From contig JABLTG010000039.1 of the NCBI GenBank assembly GCA_016618085.1, forward strand, positions 62,001 through 120,944: a DNA stretch of 58,944 nucleotides, read 5' to 3'. This document shows, one piece after another, positions 22,011 to 33,996 of the stretch. Positions within the stretch are counted from its first letter, which is position 1. Every line of letters begins with the position of its first letter. Below the pieces are notes generated by a model. It made no database searches and was not told where the DNA came from. It saw nothing but the letters and a program-made list of their open reading frames with translations. The position numbers and the translations under genes were made by a program. The stretch comes from Neovahlkampfia damariscottae (Eukaryota).

Positions 22011-23540
22011 TTAATTCATTGCTTCTAATTCTTTCATTAAATCCTCTGTTGATTGTTCAGAATTTACTTGAACCATATCTTCTTCATTAGCTTCTTTTTT
22101 ACCTTCATATTCAAATTTCAACTCTTCCTTCTTTTTTTCAACATCTTCTTGTTTGAGATCATCTTCATCAATAACTTCAATATTCCATTCATTTGTTGAA
22201 TGAATAGGTTCATTTGAAATGGTTTCAATTATTTCAACCTTTTTGTGAACATATTCCTTTTGTCTTTTTAAACAATATTTGTTTGAACATGTCGGGTTTG
22301 GTTTCAAAGTCATTTTTGGGAAGAAATCTTTCAATGCATTGTAACCAACATAATCAGAAACTTCACCAAATTTGAGAAGATATTTCAATGAATTTTGAAC
22401 CAATAAACCTGCAACAATACCCATTGTTGTTGGTAAAGAAGCTAAGAAATGAATTTGATAATGAACTTACCTGCACAAACACCTTCTCTTTTGACTGGTT
22501 TGATATTGGTTGCAACAACTAAAGGAGGAGCACATGCATAACTGTAAAATATCTAATTAGAAATTATTGAATATATCAGACCATGCTTAAAAAAAGTTAC
22601 AAATAATCAAATTCTTACCACTGAATCCTGGTTGGATGAATTGAATATGTCCAGAAACTGCATCTTCACTAACACCAGATTCCATCCAAATTTGATTCAA
22701 CTCATTACAAGCTTGATTTACTGTCATTCTAGCTTCAAAATTATCAACACATGATAAAACTAAATCAACTTGTTTTCCAGTTTTGGAACCAGTCGAAATT
22801 CTTTTCATGAAATCTTCAAAGTTATCTACAGTGGTAATATTGTAACTATAAGTTTCAAATTCAACATCTGGATTAATTTCAGATAAAGAACCCTTTGCGG
22901 CATCAACTTTTATGTTAAAAAAAAAAAAATTTTTTTTCTTTACCTTTGCTAAGACCAACTTGGTCAGGTGTGAAAAATAAACGATTCATCTAATGTTGGA
23001 AATTTTTAAGGAAAATATAAAAAATTTACATTTGCTGTTGTAACTGTATCATAATCGAATAATAATAACTTTCCAATACCACATCTTGTGAGCTAAAAAT
23101 AAATAAAAAAAGAAAAAATACCATTTCCGCTGCTACCGATCCAACCTTTTTGGAAAATTAAACTATTTTGTTTTTTTTTACTCCTTTAAATATATATTAT
23201 AAAAAAAACTTCAAAAACTTTACCTCCAACTGAAAGTTTTAAAAAATGATTTTTCTACCTCCAATAATTAAAACAGAAAAATTTCTGATGTCTTCATAAT
23301 TTTCAACAATTCCCATTTTTTTTAATGCCTTTTATATTTTTAGTTGTTTTCTTTGATACCATTAATCGACTTTGATTTTTAATTTTTTTTTAAAATGAAC
23401 CTGTATGGATTTTCATCAATCACTTCTGTTGACATTTGTTGAACTTTCTCTCTTTTTTTATTTTGCTTTTTTAATTGTTCAACTTCAATTTTTAATTTTT
23501 TGTTTTCTTCCAGTAATTTTTCAAGTTGTTTTGGATCCAT
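22011..23540 (-). CDS. UBA5: UFM1-activating E1 enzyme, 12 exons including micro-exons
   Basis: [63 protein letters not shown]. Confidence 0.93.
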
Positions 23541-23747
23541 GTTAACCACACTTTGTTATTGTCCAATGATCAATCATCAAAATATTTATAGTTAATAAAC
23601 TCAAAATGAAACAGTTTATTTCTAGTTTATTATAAAATATATAATTCGTTTGGGATCCTTAGATGCAAAATTTCCAACAAATTTGATTTGTTTTGAAGAA
23701 ATTAACTTTGATGCCCAAACATTAGAAGCATTTTATCACTGTATTAT

Positions 23748-24048
23748 TTATTTCCATGTGTATACTGTGAAACCAGCTGTTTTTTGTGTTTTATCTAAGT
23801 TTTCAATTCTTTCAAAATACTTTTTGGAATTATAACCTTTTCCTATGCACTTTTTATATTTTTTTCTCCATTCTTCGCATGTTTCATTTTTTTCTTTGCA
23901 GACATAATATTCTTGTGCAAATTTTGAACAAGGATTATTGGTTGACCAAGTAGAGGAACTAATTTTTCTGATTTCAAGAAATTTAAAATATCTTTTTCTC
24001 ATACGTTAGTTTTGGTGGATTTCTTTCTCTTCTGTCAGTTCCAGCCAT
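23748..24048 (-). CDS. Small twin CX9C (CHCH) protein, probably mitochondrial (1 intron)
   Basis: CSKFAQEYYVC and CEEWRKKYKKC. Confidence 0.65.
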
Positions 24049-24192
24049 TTCAAAAAAAATTGTTGAAGAAAATTCAGCCAATAAGAAACAAATGATTTAA
24101 AAAATAAATTGAATTTATTCTATTTTTTATTTATTGCCACTCATACCTAAAATTCTGTTAATACAAAAATCACAAACTGAAAGATTCAAGTC

Positions 24193-25937
24193 TTATTTTT
24201 TGTTGAGGTGAAATTCCTTTTGTTTTCATGTAAGAAAGGAATTGTGTTGGAACTTCTTGTAAAACCTCTTATTTAATGTTAGAATGTGATATATTCGTCA
24301 AACCTTCTGCCAAAGATTCAAGACTTTCATTTTTAAATTGATTAAATGGAACAAATTGAACAATATCTCTTTTTGCCCTTACACCATCACTCACTAATGC
24401 CTTATCATCACCATCTAAAATAATCATGTTTTTAAAGTCTTCATTTCCTATTCCAATAATAATTATACCTTTAATTAACATTGAAAATAAGATTGATTTT
24501 TCTTACTCATTGGAAGAGTTGATGCTTTTACAATTGCATCAACAGTTGCATCCATATCTGTAATTTCACCATCTGTTAATATTAACAAAACAAAATATTC
24601 AGTTCCAGTGAAACTTCCAGCAATTTTACTGCATGCAGTGATCAAAGGCGCAAAGTTTGTTGGTCCAAAGAATTTAACATTCGTGACACTGTAATTATAG
24701 GCACTGAGTATCCCATCAACACCGTACACCTCAGGATTTTGAGGATCAAAATTGCAGTGGAAACAATGCGATGTTTGTCCATTAGGTAATTTTGCTCCAA
24801 ATCCATAACTTTTAGAGGTCAAAAAGATTTGAATTCTTACACTGGGTATTTTTTATCAGAGTCATAATAATTTAAGATATTTCCAACTGAAATGATAGCT
24901 TTTTGATAATCATTGTATTTGCCTTGTTGCATATGATGCAATGAATCAACATCATTGATATTACCATTTGATGCAGTGAAATCAATACCTACCATGAGAG
25001 ATATTTGAAATCCACTCATGATATAATCTAAAAATGTTGGTTCTTTCACTAAAACAAAATTGTCAAGTTTTAAAACACCTGAATTTGAATAAGTAGGTTT
25101 CCATTTGTATTTTGGATTGATCAAATCAAAAGATGCACCTTTTGATATATTAGCAAGTTTTTCTAAGGTAAAAACTGTCTCTCCAATGAGTTTTGTCTTT
25201 CCAGACCAATTCCAATCCAAGCATTCGACTTTTACAGGTTTTTGAAAATCATTTGAGCAAAAATTTTGACCTGATAATTTAAATTCATTAAACATAGGGT
25301 TTAATTGGACTTTGTAGTATTCAGTTTCATGGACCATTTTCCAACTTCCATCTGGAAGTTGTTTTGAAAATCTCAAAAAAGGATCTCTGTTAACAATTAG
25401 ATTGATTTTATATTTTTTTACGATTTTCCAAAGAAATCCTTTTTATCCAAACCTTTACATGAAAAACGAAAAGTTAAATCATATTTTTCATTTTTGACTT
25501 CATCAGCAGTTACACAGATCAATCCATTTTTTCTTGATTTGTCTTTAGGGTAGATTAGATCTTTTGTCAACATTGAGCCTCTACTACCAATTATTTCAGC
25601 AAGTTTACATTCAATTTCACCAATAACTTCTTGGTCTTCAATTTTACTTGACTTCACATCATCAACATCTAAAACCAAAAATTTTAAGTATTGAGTTTCT
25701 TCGAATTTAAAATCCATCATGAAAGTTTTTTTAAAAACTGGATTAGGTTGATCTTTTTGAAACTCAGTTCTCCCAAATTCTTTCCACTTTGACTTTTCTT
25801 TTTTGTATACAATACACATTGGGTCACTAGCACTGAAAGTATCTAATTTGATTAATTTTCTTTGATTAAGTAGTTGTTTTTTATTACCTACACTTTATTA
25901 TAAGTTCTACTTTTGATGAAAGTGAATCTTGTATCAT
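24193..25937 (-). CDS. Copine (C2-C2-vWA), multi-exon
   Basis: DFFGKSDP, IDFTASNG, YGFGA, GPTNFAP, ILTDG, LDGD, RDIVQFVPF. Confidence 0.93.
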
Positions 25938-25994
25938 GTCGTCAATTTTTTAGTTGTTGGAATTTGTGGTGAAATTTTATTGGACGACTATTTT

Positions 25995-26639
25995 ATGAAG
26001 AACCAAAAAACAACCTTCGTCAATTTGTTGGAAAAATCAAACTTTGAAGAATGTATATTATTCCTTAAGGAGAACTATCATGAAAAAGAATCACTTTTGA
26101 ATATTGTATATCACTATTCCTCTCAAAATATTTCAAAAGAAAATCTCTTCGATTTTTTTTTGTTCAAAAGCGTTTGTTTTCATATTTTTGGATATTACAA
26201 AGAAGAAGTAATGATAGTCTTAATAATAATTTTTAGCTCATTTTTTTACGAGAAGCTATTGAAAAAATAAATCTCATCAATTACCAACAAAAGATTGAAT
26301 TTAATTTGATTTATATTAAAAAATGCATAGAAATTGATCAATTATACATTTTAGAAAACGTTATTTCAGGTTTTAAAAATTAAAAATTCATCAAAAGAAA
26401 CAATTCAACTCTTTGAAGAGAATGATCCAAAAAATTATCAATTATCGGAAATTTATGAAATCAAATCCAAATGTCTTCAAGCCAAAGGAAAATCAAGTAA
26501 TCTAAAAAATTGTAAAAAAAAAAAAGTTGATTCTGCAGCATGTTTAATCATTTCAAAAAATTTAAAAAAAAATAATGAGAAAATAATCAAAAATAATGTA
26601 ACAATGGCATATGAAAAACTCTCTAAATCAAAAAAATGA
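25995..26639 (+). CDS. Hypothetical helical protein, multi-exon, structure uncertain
   Basis: Coding-like segments separated by short GT-AG introns; ATTGG upstream. Confidence 0.35.
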
Positions 26640-26644
26640 GATTT

Positions 26645-27771
26645 TTATTTTGTTCTTTTTTCAATTTTTGATAACAATGATAAGAATATTTCTTGATTGA
26701 ATTCAATATTTTTGATTTTTAATTTTAAACTTTGAATTGCATTTGATTCATATTCTTGATAATATTTTGTCATATTTAAATCTTGGTAAACTGATTTTAC
26801 TTTTTTAACACATTCTTTATCATCAATTCCATAATTTTTTTTTAAAATTTCTTTTTGTTCTTCTGTGCATAATTGTAATGCATTTACAATCATCCAACAA
26901 CATTTTTTTTCTTCAATATCTCTTCCAATTTTACCTAATACTTTCTCATTAGCATAACAATCAAGAAAATCATCTTGTATTTGAAAGTACTCACCCATTT
27001 CAACACAAATTTCTTGTGTTAATATCAAGTTGTCTTCAGTTGCTTTTTCTGATAAAATTAATCCACAAACAATTGGAAGATAAAAAGAATAAAATGCTGT
27101 TTTGTATTTCACTATTTTTTTGTAAGCATCCATTGTGAAATTATTCAAATTTAACTCTTCATCCGGTGGAAGAGTTCTGAGATCCAATAATTGACCTAAT
27201 TCTGTTTTATATGTAGTTTCAAGAAATATTTCAAGAAGATCAACATAAAAACTTCTCTTTTTGAAATATTTTTTTAATATTCTGTAAACATGATTTTCTA
27301 AAATCACATAATCATTACATGCAAACAATTGAACATCCTTTACTTTGTACCAACAAGGTTGGTTTCTTCTCAATGTAGATTGATCCATAATATCATCAGC
27401 AACTAAGAAAAAAGCTTGCAACCATTCAATACACCAACCAACAATACCTTGGAAGAAATTTTTAAAATGATGAACTTTTACATGCTTCTTTCATTTCTTC
27501 TTCAGTTGGTTTTTCTTTCAATAAAATAACTGTGTCAAGAACCGCAATACCACGATTTAATTTTCCTCCTTTAACATTGTAGGTTGTCATCTATTTGTTA
27601 GTTCAATTACAAACTTTACTCTGTCCATGTATTTTTTAGCTAATTCAGGCATTTCATAATCTTTTAATTCAGAAACTAACATATTATTAATTTCATCAAA
27701 GTAGGACAAAAATACTTTGGTTTTTTAATTTTTGTTTTTTTCTTACACTTCACTCTTTCTTCTTTGTTCAT
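26645..27771 (-). CDS. FPPS: Farnesyl diphosphate synthase, multi-exon
   Basis: GGKLNRG, QAFFLVADDIMD, RRNQPCW, GQLLD, YKTAFYSF, FQIQDDFLD. Confidence 0.93.
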
Positions 27772-27910
27772 TTTTTCTAAAAATATTTTTATTGGTTGAT
27801 TTGATGATTGTATTTTCAGTATTTATTTCAACTTTTATATGAATTTTATATTTATTCATTTTCAATTTATTTTTAAATTGAAGCTGAATCTTTTAACCAA
27901 TAGAAAAAAA

Positions 27911-29029
27911 ATGAGCAAAATTTTGTTGAGGGTGAGACTGCCTAATGGTCAACTCAGAATTGACGATGTTACATCAGATACAACCCTTATAGAATTGAAA
28001 CAAAAAATAGAACAACAAGGAAAGATTCCATCCTTCAAACAAAAAATAAAACTCGGTTATCCACCAAAAGAATTAGAGTCTGGAAATAAAGACAAAAAAC
28101 TATCAGAATTAAGTATAAAATCAGGAGAAACAATAATAATTGAAGAATCAGATGATATAATTGACACAAATTCTTCAGCAAAAAAACCAAAACCAGAGCA
28201 ATACAAAGGTTTGTTCAAAAAAAAAAAAAAAAATTAATTTTCCAAAGGATACATTCCTGAGAAACCTTCAGATGTCATGACTTATACAAGTGATGGTTTT
28301 GCTGTTAAAAGAAAAATTGAAGCTGATAATTCATGTTTGTTCAATGCAGTTGCATATACCTTAGAAGGAAGTGTAAGCAGAAAAAAACCAAAAGTAAATT
28401 ATCTTTATATCATTTTATTATATTAATTTAGGCACCTGGTTTAAGACAAGTCATTGCAGATATTGTAAAAATTGAAAAAGATTTTTATTCAGAAGTTGTT
28501 CTTGGTCAACCAAACGCAGAATATTGTCGTTGGATTTTAAAAAAAGATTCATGGGGTGGAGCAATTGAATTATCAATCCTTTCAGATTTCTTTGAAATTG
28601 AAATTTGCGCCTTTGATATAAAATCTACAAGAATGGATCGATATGGAGAAGATAAGAAATATAAAAACAGAATTTATTTACTTTATGATGGAATTCATTA
28701 TGACGCTTTGGCATTTTCACCAATGGAAGAAACTTTAGAGTATGAAGATTGTGATGTTACTGTTTTTTCTGTTGATGATTATAATATGCTTGTAAAAGCC
28801 CAAGATGTTGTAAAACAAATTAATAAGGTAACAAAAATGAATAATTAAAATTTTAAAGAGACATGAATACACTGATGTTTCAGATTTCAAGTTGAGGTTT
28901 TTTTTGAAATTTTTTGTGTTAATTTTTTTTTTTAGATGTTTAAATTGTCAAAAACAGTTTGTAGGACAAAAAGAAGCTGCTCTTCATTATGATGAAACAG
29001 GTCATGATCAATTTGCTGAAAATTTATAA
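27911..29029 (+). CDS. OTU1: OTU1/YOD1 deubiquitinase (UBX-like, OTU, C2H2), multi-exon
   Basis: GYPPK, ADNSCLFNA, WGGAIEL, YDGIHYD, terminal C..C...H..ETGH. Confidence 0.9.
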
Positions 29030-29067
29030 AATTGAAATTTTTTTTTTTAAATGTTGAAAAAAATTTT

Positions 29068-29577
29068 TTATTCGCCGTAGATGAAAACTTTTGAGACATG
29101 AATACCACTTCCACCATAATTTTCGGTCTATTAATAATTTTAAAGATCAAAAAAAAAGTTACTAAAATAAATTTTACATATTGGGCTTCAGCTTTAATAT
29201 CATAAACATATTCTCCTGCTTTTTGTTCCAATTCATCCTCAGCAACAGTTTCATATGTACTGTCATCTTTTGATGTTTTTATAATCAAATCTAAAAAAAA
29301 ATAAAAAATAAAAAATATTTGACTACGTTTTGGGTTTTGATTATTTTCACCATGGATAAATAATCCTACTCTTTTCAATTTTGATATTTTATCAAGTTTA
29401 ATTATTACATATTGTGGTAATGGTTCCAAAGAGTGAGAAAACCAAACTAAAGTTGGATCACGATTCATTAAATTCAAACAACGTGATTCGTGATGGTATT
29501 GTGAAGAAAATTTATGAATTGAACCACCATTATCTTTTAAAAGTTATTTTTTTTTCTTTTTTGGCTTTACCTGGCAT
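29068..29577 (-). CDS. Small galactose-binding/discoidin-fold protein (IFT25/APC10-like fold), multi-exon
   Basis: FSSQ, NLMNRDPTLVWFS, PLPQYVIIKL, AQYVKF, ENYGG. Confidence 0.55.
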
Positions 29578-29672
29578 TGCTAAGTTTTTCATTGTTTTGC
29601 AGTTGGAGGAAAAGGAAAAGTCGTTTGGTTGGACAGATTACGACCAATTAGAAACTTTGCGCTTTTTTCTTC

Positions 29673-31491
29673 ATGCAAAACGAACAAACAAACATTTCCG
29701 TTTCAAAAATTGAAAAGGAAGAAAATGAACTGAAAGGATTCATTGAAGGTGAAATAAAAACATTGTCAAATGAAAAAACTGGAGTATTGAATCTCATTCT
29801 AGAAGATACATTCAGCAAACCAACGTCAGCAAAAGATATGACCATTAATTCAACTATTCTTTTAGAATTACCCCCAAGATGGTCGGAGTTAATTAATGGA
29901 ATTGTAGACTTGAATGTAAGAGATTTTTTTTCTAAAGTTTCTTCAACTAAAGGATCTTGTTTCAATTTATTGTGCTACTGTCAAAAAGAATGATAGAATT
30001 GATATTCCACATGATTTTAAGTTGACAATAAATTCAAAATCATCCATATCCATTCAAACAAAAGAAGGCACTGTCACCATTGATCAAGAAACCATCAACT
30101 CAAAAAAATTAGTTTGGAGAGGAAAAAAAAGAAAAATCAAAGAAAAAATTGTAAATAATCCGAAAATAGTTACACCAAAATACAGCTATACAAAATTAAA
30201 AGATGTCAAAGAAGGAGATATTTATAATTGTTTTGGATTTGTTGAGAATTATTCCAACCCAAGATCTGGATGTAATCATTTTTAATTATTGATTTTTAAG
30301 ATTACACAAATATGACACTTACTATTAGAGATGAAACTGGTCCTTTGAATTTACTGATTCAAGCAAAAGATAAATCTCAATTAATTGATGTAAAACAAAT
30401 TGGAGATGTTGTACGAGTACATAGATTGAAAGTAATCAAATATCTTGGAAAGTTACAAGGAAATGAATCACCTGGTTGTGATTTCTATCTTTCTCCTATT
30501 GACTCAATCAATATTGAAATACCAAAATCAAAAACATTTACTGAATTGGATATTGAAAGAATCAAAGAACTAAAAGTTTATTCAAAGAAATATTTACAAA
30601 AAAATTCATTAAAAAATCAATTTACTTGTACAGTTTCAACAATTCAACCTTTAAAATATGTTGATATCATAGGTAGAATTACTATGGCAACAAAATTGAG
30701 TTTTGGTTATGTTATTCATTTTAATGATGGAACAGAGAATGATAAACTTGGATCTTCTCTTGAAGTTCAAGCAACAAGTTCTCATTTACAAGATGTTATT
30801 GCTGAAATACAAAAAAGATTAAACATGAAAAAAACGGTTTTTGTAAAATTAAGAAATATTTTTTGTGTGCACTCATTTGCAGAAGTAAGAACTGTTGACA
30901 ATTCTTCAATTGGATTTTTACCTTCTTTTTGTTTGGATGTTAAAAATTTGAATGAACTGAGAACCAAGATTGTCACTTCAACAAAATTCTCCAAAGCTCC
31001 TTCATCAATTTCTCAAGTTTTGGAATGTCAAGAAAGGAATGCTAAATTCAAAATTATTGTGAATGTGATTGATAGTTATCCATCAAATTCAAATGAATTC
31101 ATTATTTTATCTTGTCCTCAATGCAATCAAGAATTAAATAGATCAATTTGTAAGAAATGTAATATAGAAGGGAAATATGTATTTTGTTTTAAATTGTTGT
31201 TGAAAGATAAAACTGGTGAAATGACAACATATATATTCGATAAACAGGCAGTAAATAGAATTCATTTTGAATTAATTTTCAAAGGAACATTTTTTTGGAA
31301 TCAAAGCTTCAGAATTGAAAGATAATCTTGAAAATCAAGTTGAATTATCAACTCAAATGAAATTACTGAAAAATTCAAAGAATTTCTCTGAAATTTGTTT
31401 ATTTTCTTATCAAATTGATAAAAAGAAATTTTATCAAGTCTATGATACCAAATGCTTGAAGGAAGAAAATTTTGAATCATTTATTGAATAA
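29673..31491 (+). CDS. POT1: POT1/TEBP-alpha telomere ssDNA-binding protein, 3 introns
   Basis: YTKLKDV..YNCFGFV, LTIRDET, IGDVVRVHRLKV, C-terminal OB with CPQC..CKKC and LKDKTG. Confidence 0.75.
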
Positions 31492-31494
31492 AAA

Positions 31495-32016
31495 TCATTT
31501 ATATTTCAAATAAAAGATGTATCCAAGAGAAGCTGTTAATGCAATACTGGTGAAATATTCTTTGATGAAGGTTCCAACTCTCATTCCTGAAAAACTTTTC
31601 GGTTTTGGAATTCCATTGAATTTCATTTTACCATCTGGTACTAAAACAATAGCTTCTTCATAACAAACATGAACTTTTGGTTCTAAATGTGAAGGAATTG
31701 CACTTGGTTTGATACCTTCAATTAATGTCAATGGAATCGAATACATTGTTTCACGAAAATTGTTAAATATTCTACCTCCACATTCACCACAAAAATTACG
31801 TGTTCCATTATTGTTTCCATGAAATGATTTGATTGATTCTTTTCCTTTAGTAACTTCAAAAGTTGGGTTGTTAAAAATTACAGTTGTGAAAAAAGAAGAG
31901 GAATGAAATCTTCTACAACTATCACAATGACAATGTGCTACAATAGGATTCTTGTCAAAAGTAATTTTGACTTCAACTTTTCCACAAAAACATTTGGCTG
32001 TGTGACAGTTTGTCAT
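31495..32016 (-). CDS. GFA/CENP-V family Zn protein with C-terminal hydrophobic tail
   Basis: CFCGKV, CHCDSCRR, RNFCGECG. Confidence 0.88.
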   Translation of the reverse strand: MTNCHTAKCFCGKVEVKITFDKNPIVAHCHCDSCRRFHSSSFFTTVIFNNPTFEVTKGKESIKSFHGNNNGTRNFCGECGGRIFNNFRETMYSIPLTLIEGIKPSAIPSHLEPKVHVCYEEAIVLVPDGKMKFNGIPKPKSFSGMRVGTFIKEYFTSIALTASLGYIFYLKYK

Positions 32017-32064
32017 CTTTCAAAAATTGTAAAAATCAACGATTGGTTGAAAAAAGATTAATTT

Positions 32065-33637
32065 TTATTCCCAATCTGAATCATCTGATTCATCATCAGA
32101 GTCATTTACCTTTTGGAATTTTTGAGCTAAAATAGCAGCAACATTAAATCCACCAACATTTTCAGGTTCAGGAGCAGGTTTTCTTTCTTGAACTTCAACT
32201 TTTTTTAATGTAGCTCCTGATCTAATACTGTCAAGTAAATCACCTCTACCACCTTGTGGTTTTGGAGCATTTGTTGGTTTAGCTTCTTTTTTCTTGAAAG
32301 TAATTGTACCACCTGTCATTGGAGGAGGAGGTCCTTTTAAAAGTTAATTTCAATATTTATATAAATTTACCTGGTGGTGGTGGGCCACCTGTTGGTCCTC
32401 CTGTTGGACCACCTGTAGGACCGCCAGTTGGTCCTCCATCCATTGGTTTTGGCGCATAATATGATTTTCTTCTTCCACCTTGTGGTGGTCCAGGAGGAGG
32501 TCCTGGTGGTGGACCACTCATTTGATTAATATCAAAATCATATTTTTCTTCTTGATAATCTACATACGTTCATTATGTTAATTTTTTTTTTTTTTTTTTT
32601 ACCAGGAGGAGGTCCAGGTGGAGGACCTTGATTATAGCCTTGATTGTAACCTGGAGGTCCAGGTGGTGGTCCTTGATTATATCCTTGGTTGTAGTTTTGA
32701 TTGTATCCTTGCGGTGGTCCAGGAGGAGGTCCAGGTGGTGGACCTTGATTATAATCCATACCAGGTCCTGGAATATCTAATGAAGGTGGTGGTCCATTAT
32801 AATTTTGATTATAACCTTGATTATAATTATCTGTTGGAGGTGGTCCAGGAATATAATCATTTTGAGTTGGTGGTCCTGGAATACTTTCATCACCTGTTGT
32901 TTGTGTTTTATCACCAGGTTTTTTGATTAATTCACCAGTTTCTTTGTCATACATTTCTTTATCAATTCCTTTGACTTCTTTTTTTTTTTTTTTCTTTTTT
33001 TTTTTCTTTTTCTTTTCTTGTCTTTCTAATTCAGAAACTGCCCATGCTTCAAAGAAGTAACCTGGATCTGAGTAATCTTTGACACATGATTTTTTTTCAT
33101 GGTATTCATCTAATTGTCCAAAGTTTGGAAGTGATTGACAATTATTTTCATATTGAGAATTTAAAGCAGGTGGAAGATTCTTCTTTTGAATATTTTGTTC
33201 ACTTTTTCTGTTCAAAAATTTGACAGATTGTTCTCTATTGAGTTGTTAAAAAAAATTTTTTTTTTTTTTACGAAAGTTGATAAGCATGATTTGAGTAGAA
33301 TTTTGTTGAGTTGTTTGAAATATAATCATCAATACCATCAAGTTTTTCATTACACGTTTGGAGTCTTGTTGAAATATTTGAAATTCTCGTGAAGGTTTCT
33401 TTTGAAGAATCTAAAACAGATTGGAAGAGTTCATCAGCAATTGTTGAAAGAGCTGAGAGTTGATAAAGTAAACCATTTAAGTCGTTCATACAACTTCCTT
33501 GCAAGGTTTTCTGTTTTTTAGAATTAGAAGTTGTTTTGTTAACTTACTCCTGCAATTTGGGCGGATTTGATGAGTTCAACTCCACCATTCTGATGACCAA
33601 CAGTGGAGTAGTGAGGAATAGCTCTTTTTACCACCAT
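32065..33637 (-). CDS. SCAR: SCAR/WAVE Arp2/3 activator, multi-exon
   Basis: SHD (LYQLSALSTIADELF, YSDPGYFFEAW), basic run, poly-Pro, WH2 RGDLLDSIRSGATLKKV, acidic DSDWE. Confidence 0.88.
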
Positions 33638-33996
33638 TTTGTTTTTTTGATTAAAATCCAATCAAACTGTTTTTTATAAATAGAAAAAACAGGCATCTGA
33701 TTGGTTGGTCATAGAGATATTTTTATAAAAGAAAAAGAAAAGTGTTTCATATTTCCCAATGCTTGGAAAAGTTTCATTTCCCCTAAAAAATGACGAGATA
33801 TTTTCAGATTTGAAATTCGTTCAATTTTGTCAGATCAGCAGAGTGTCTTTTGTCTCTTCATTTCAATCCATGGAAATGAATTTCAGTGAAAATTCTTTGT
33901 TTCTGATGAATTCTTCAAATTTTATTTTTTTGAAGCTTCCATTTTCTTCTTTCTTGAAAAAAACAAGTGAAAAAAAAATCAACCAATAAAATCTTC

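Noticed and set aside
32330..32880. GC-rich GGACC/GGTCC and GATTAT repeats as a DNA repeat array
   Set aside because: They encode the Gly-Pro and YNQG low-complexity region of SCAR/WAVE
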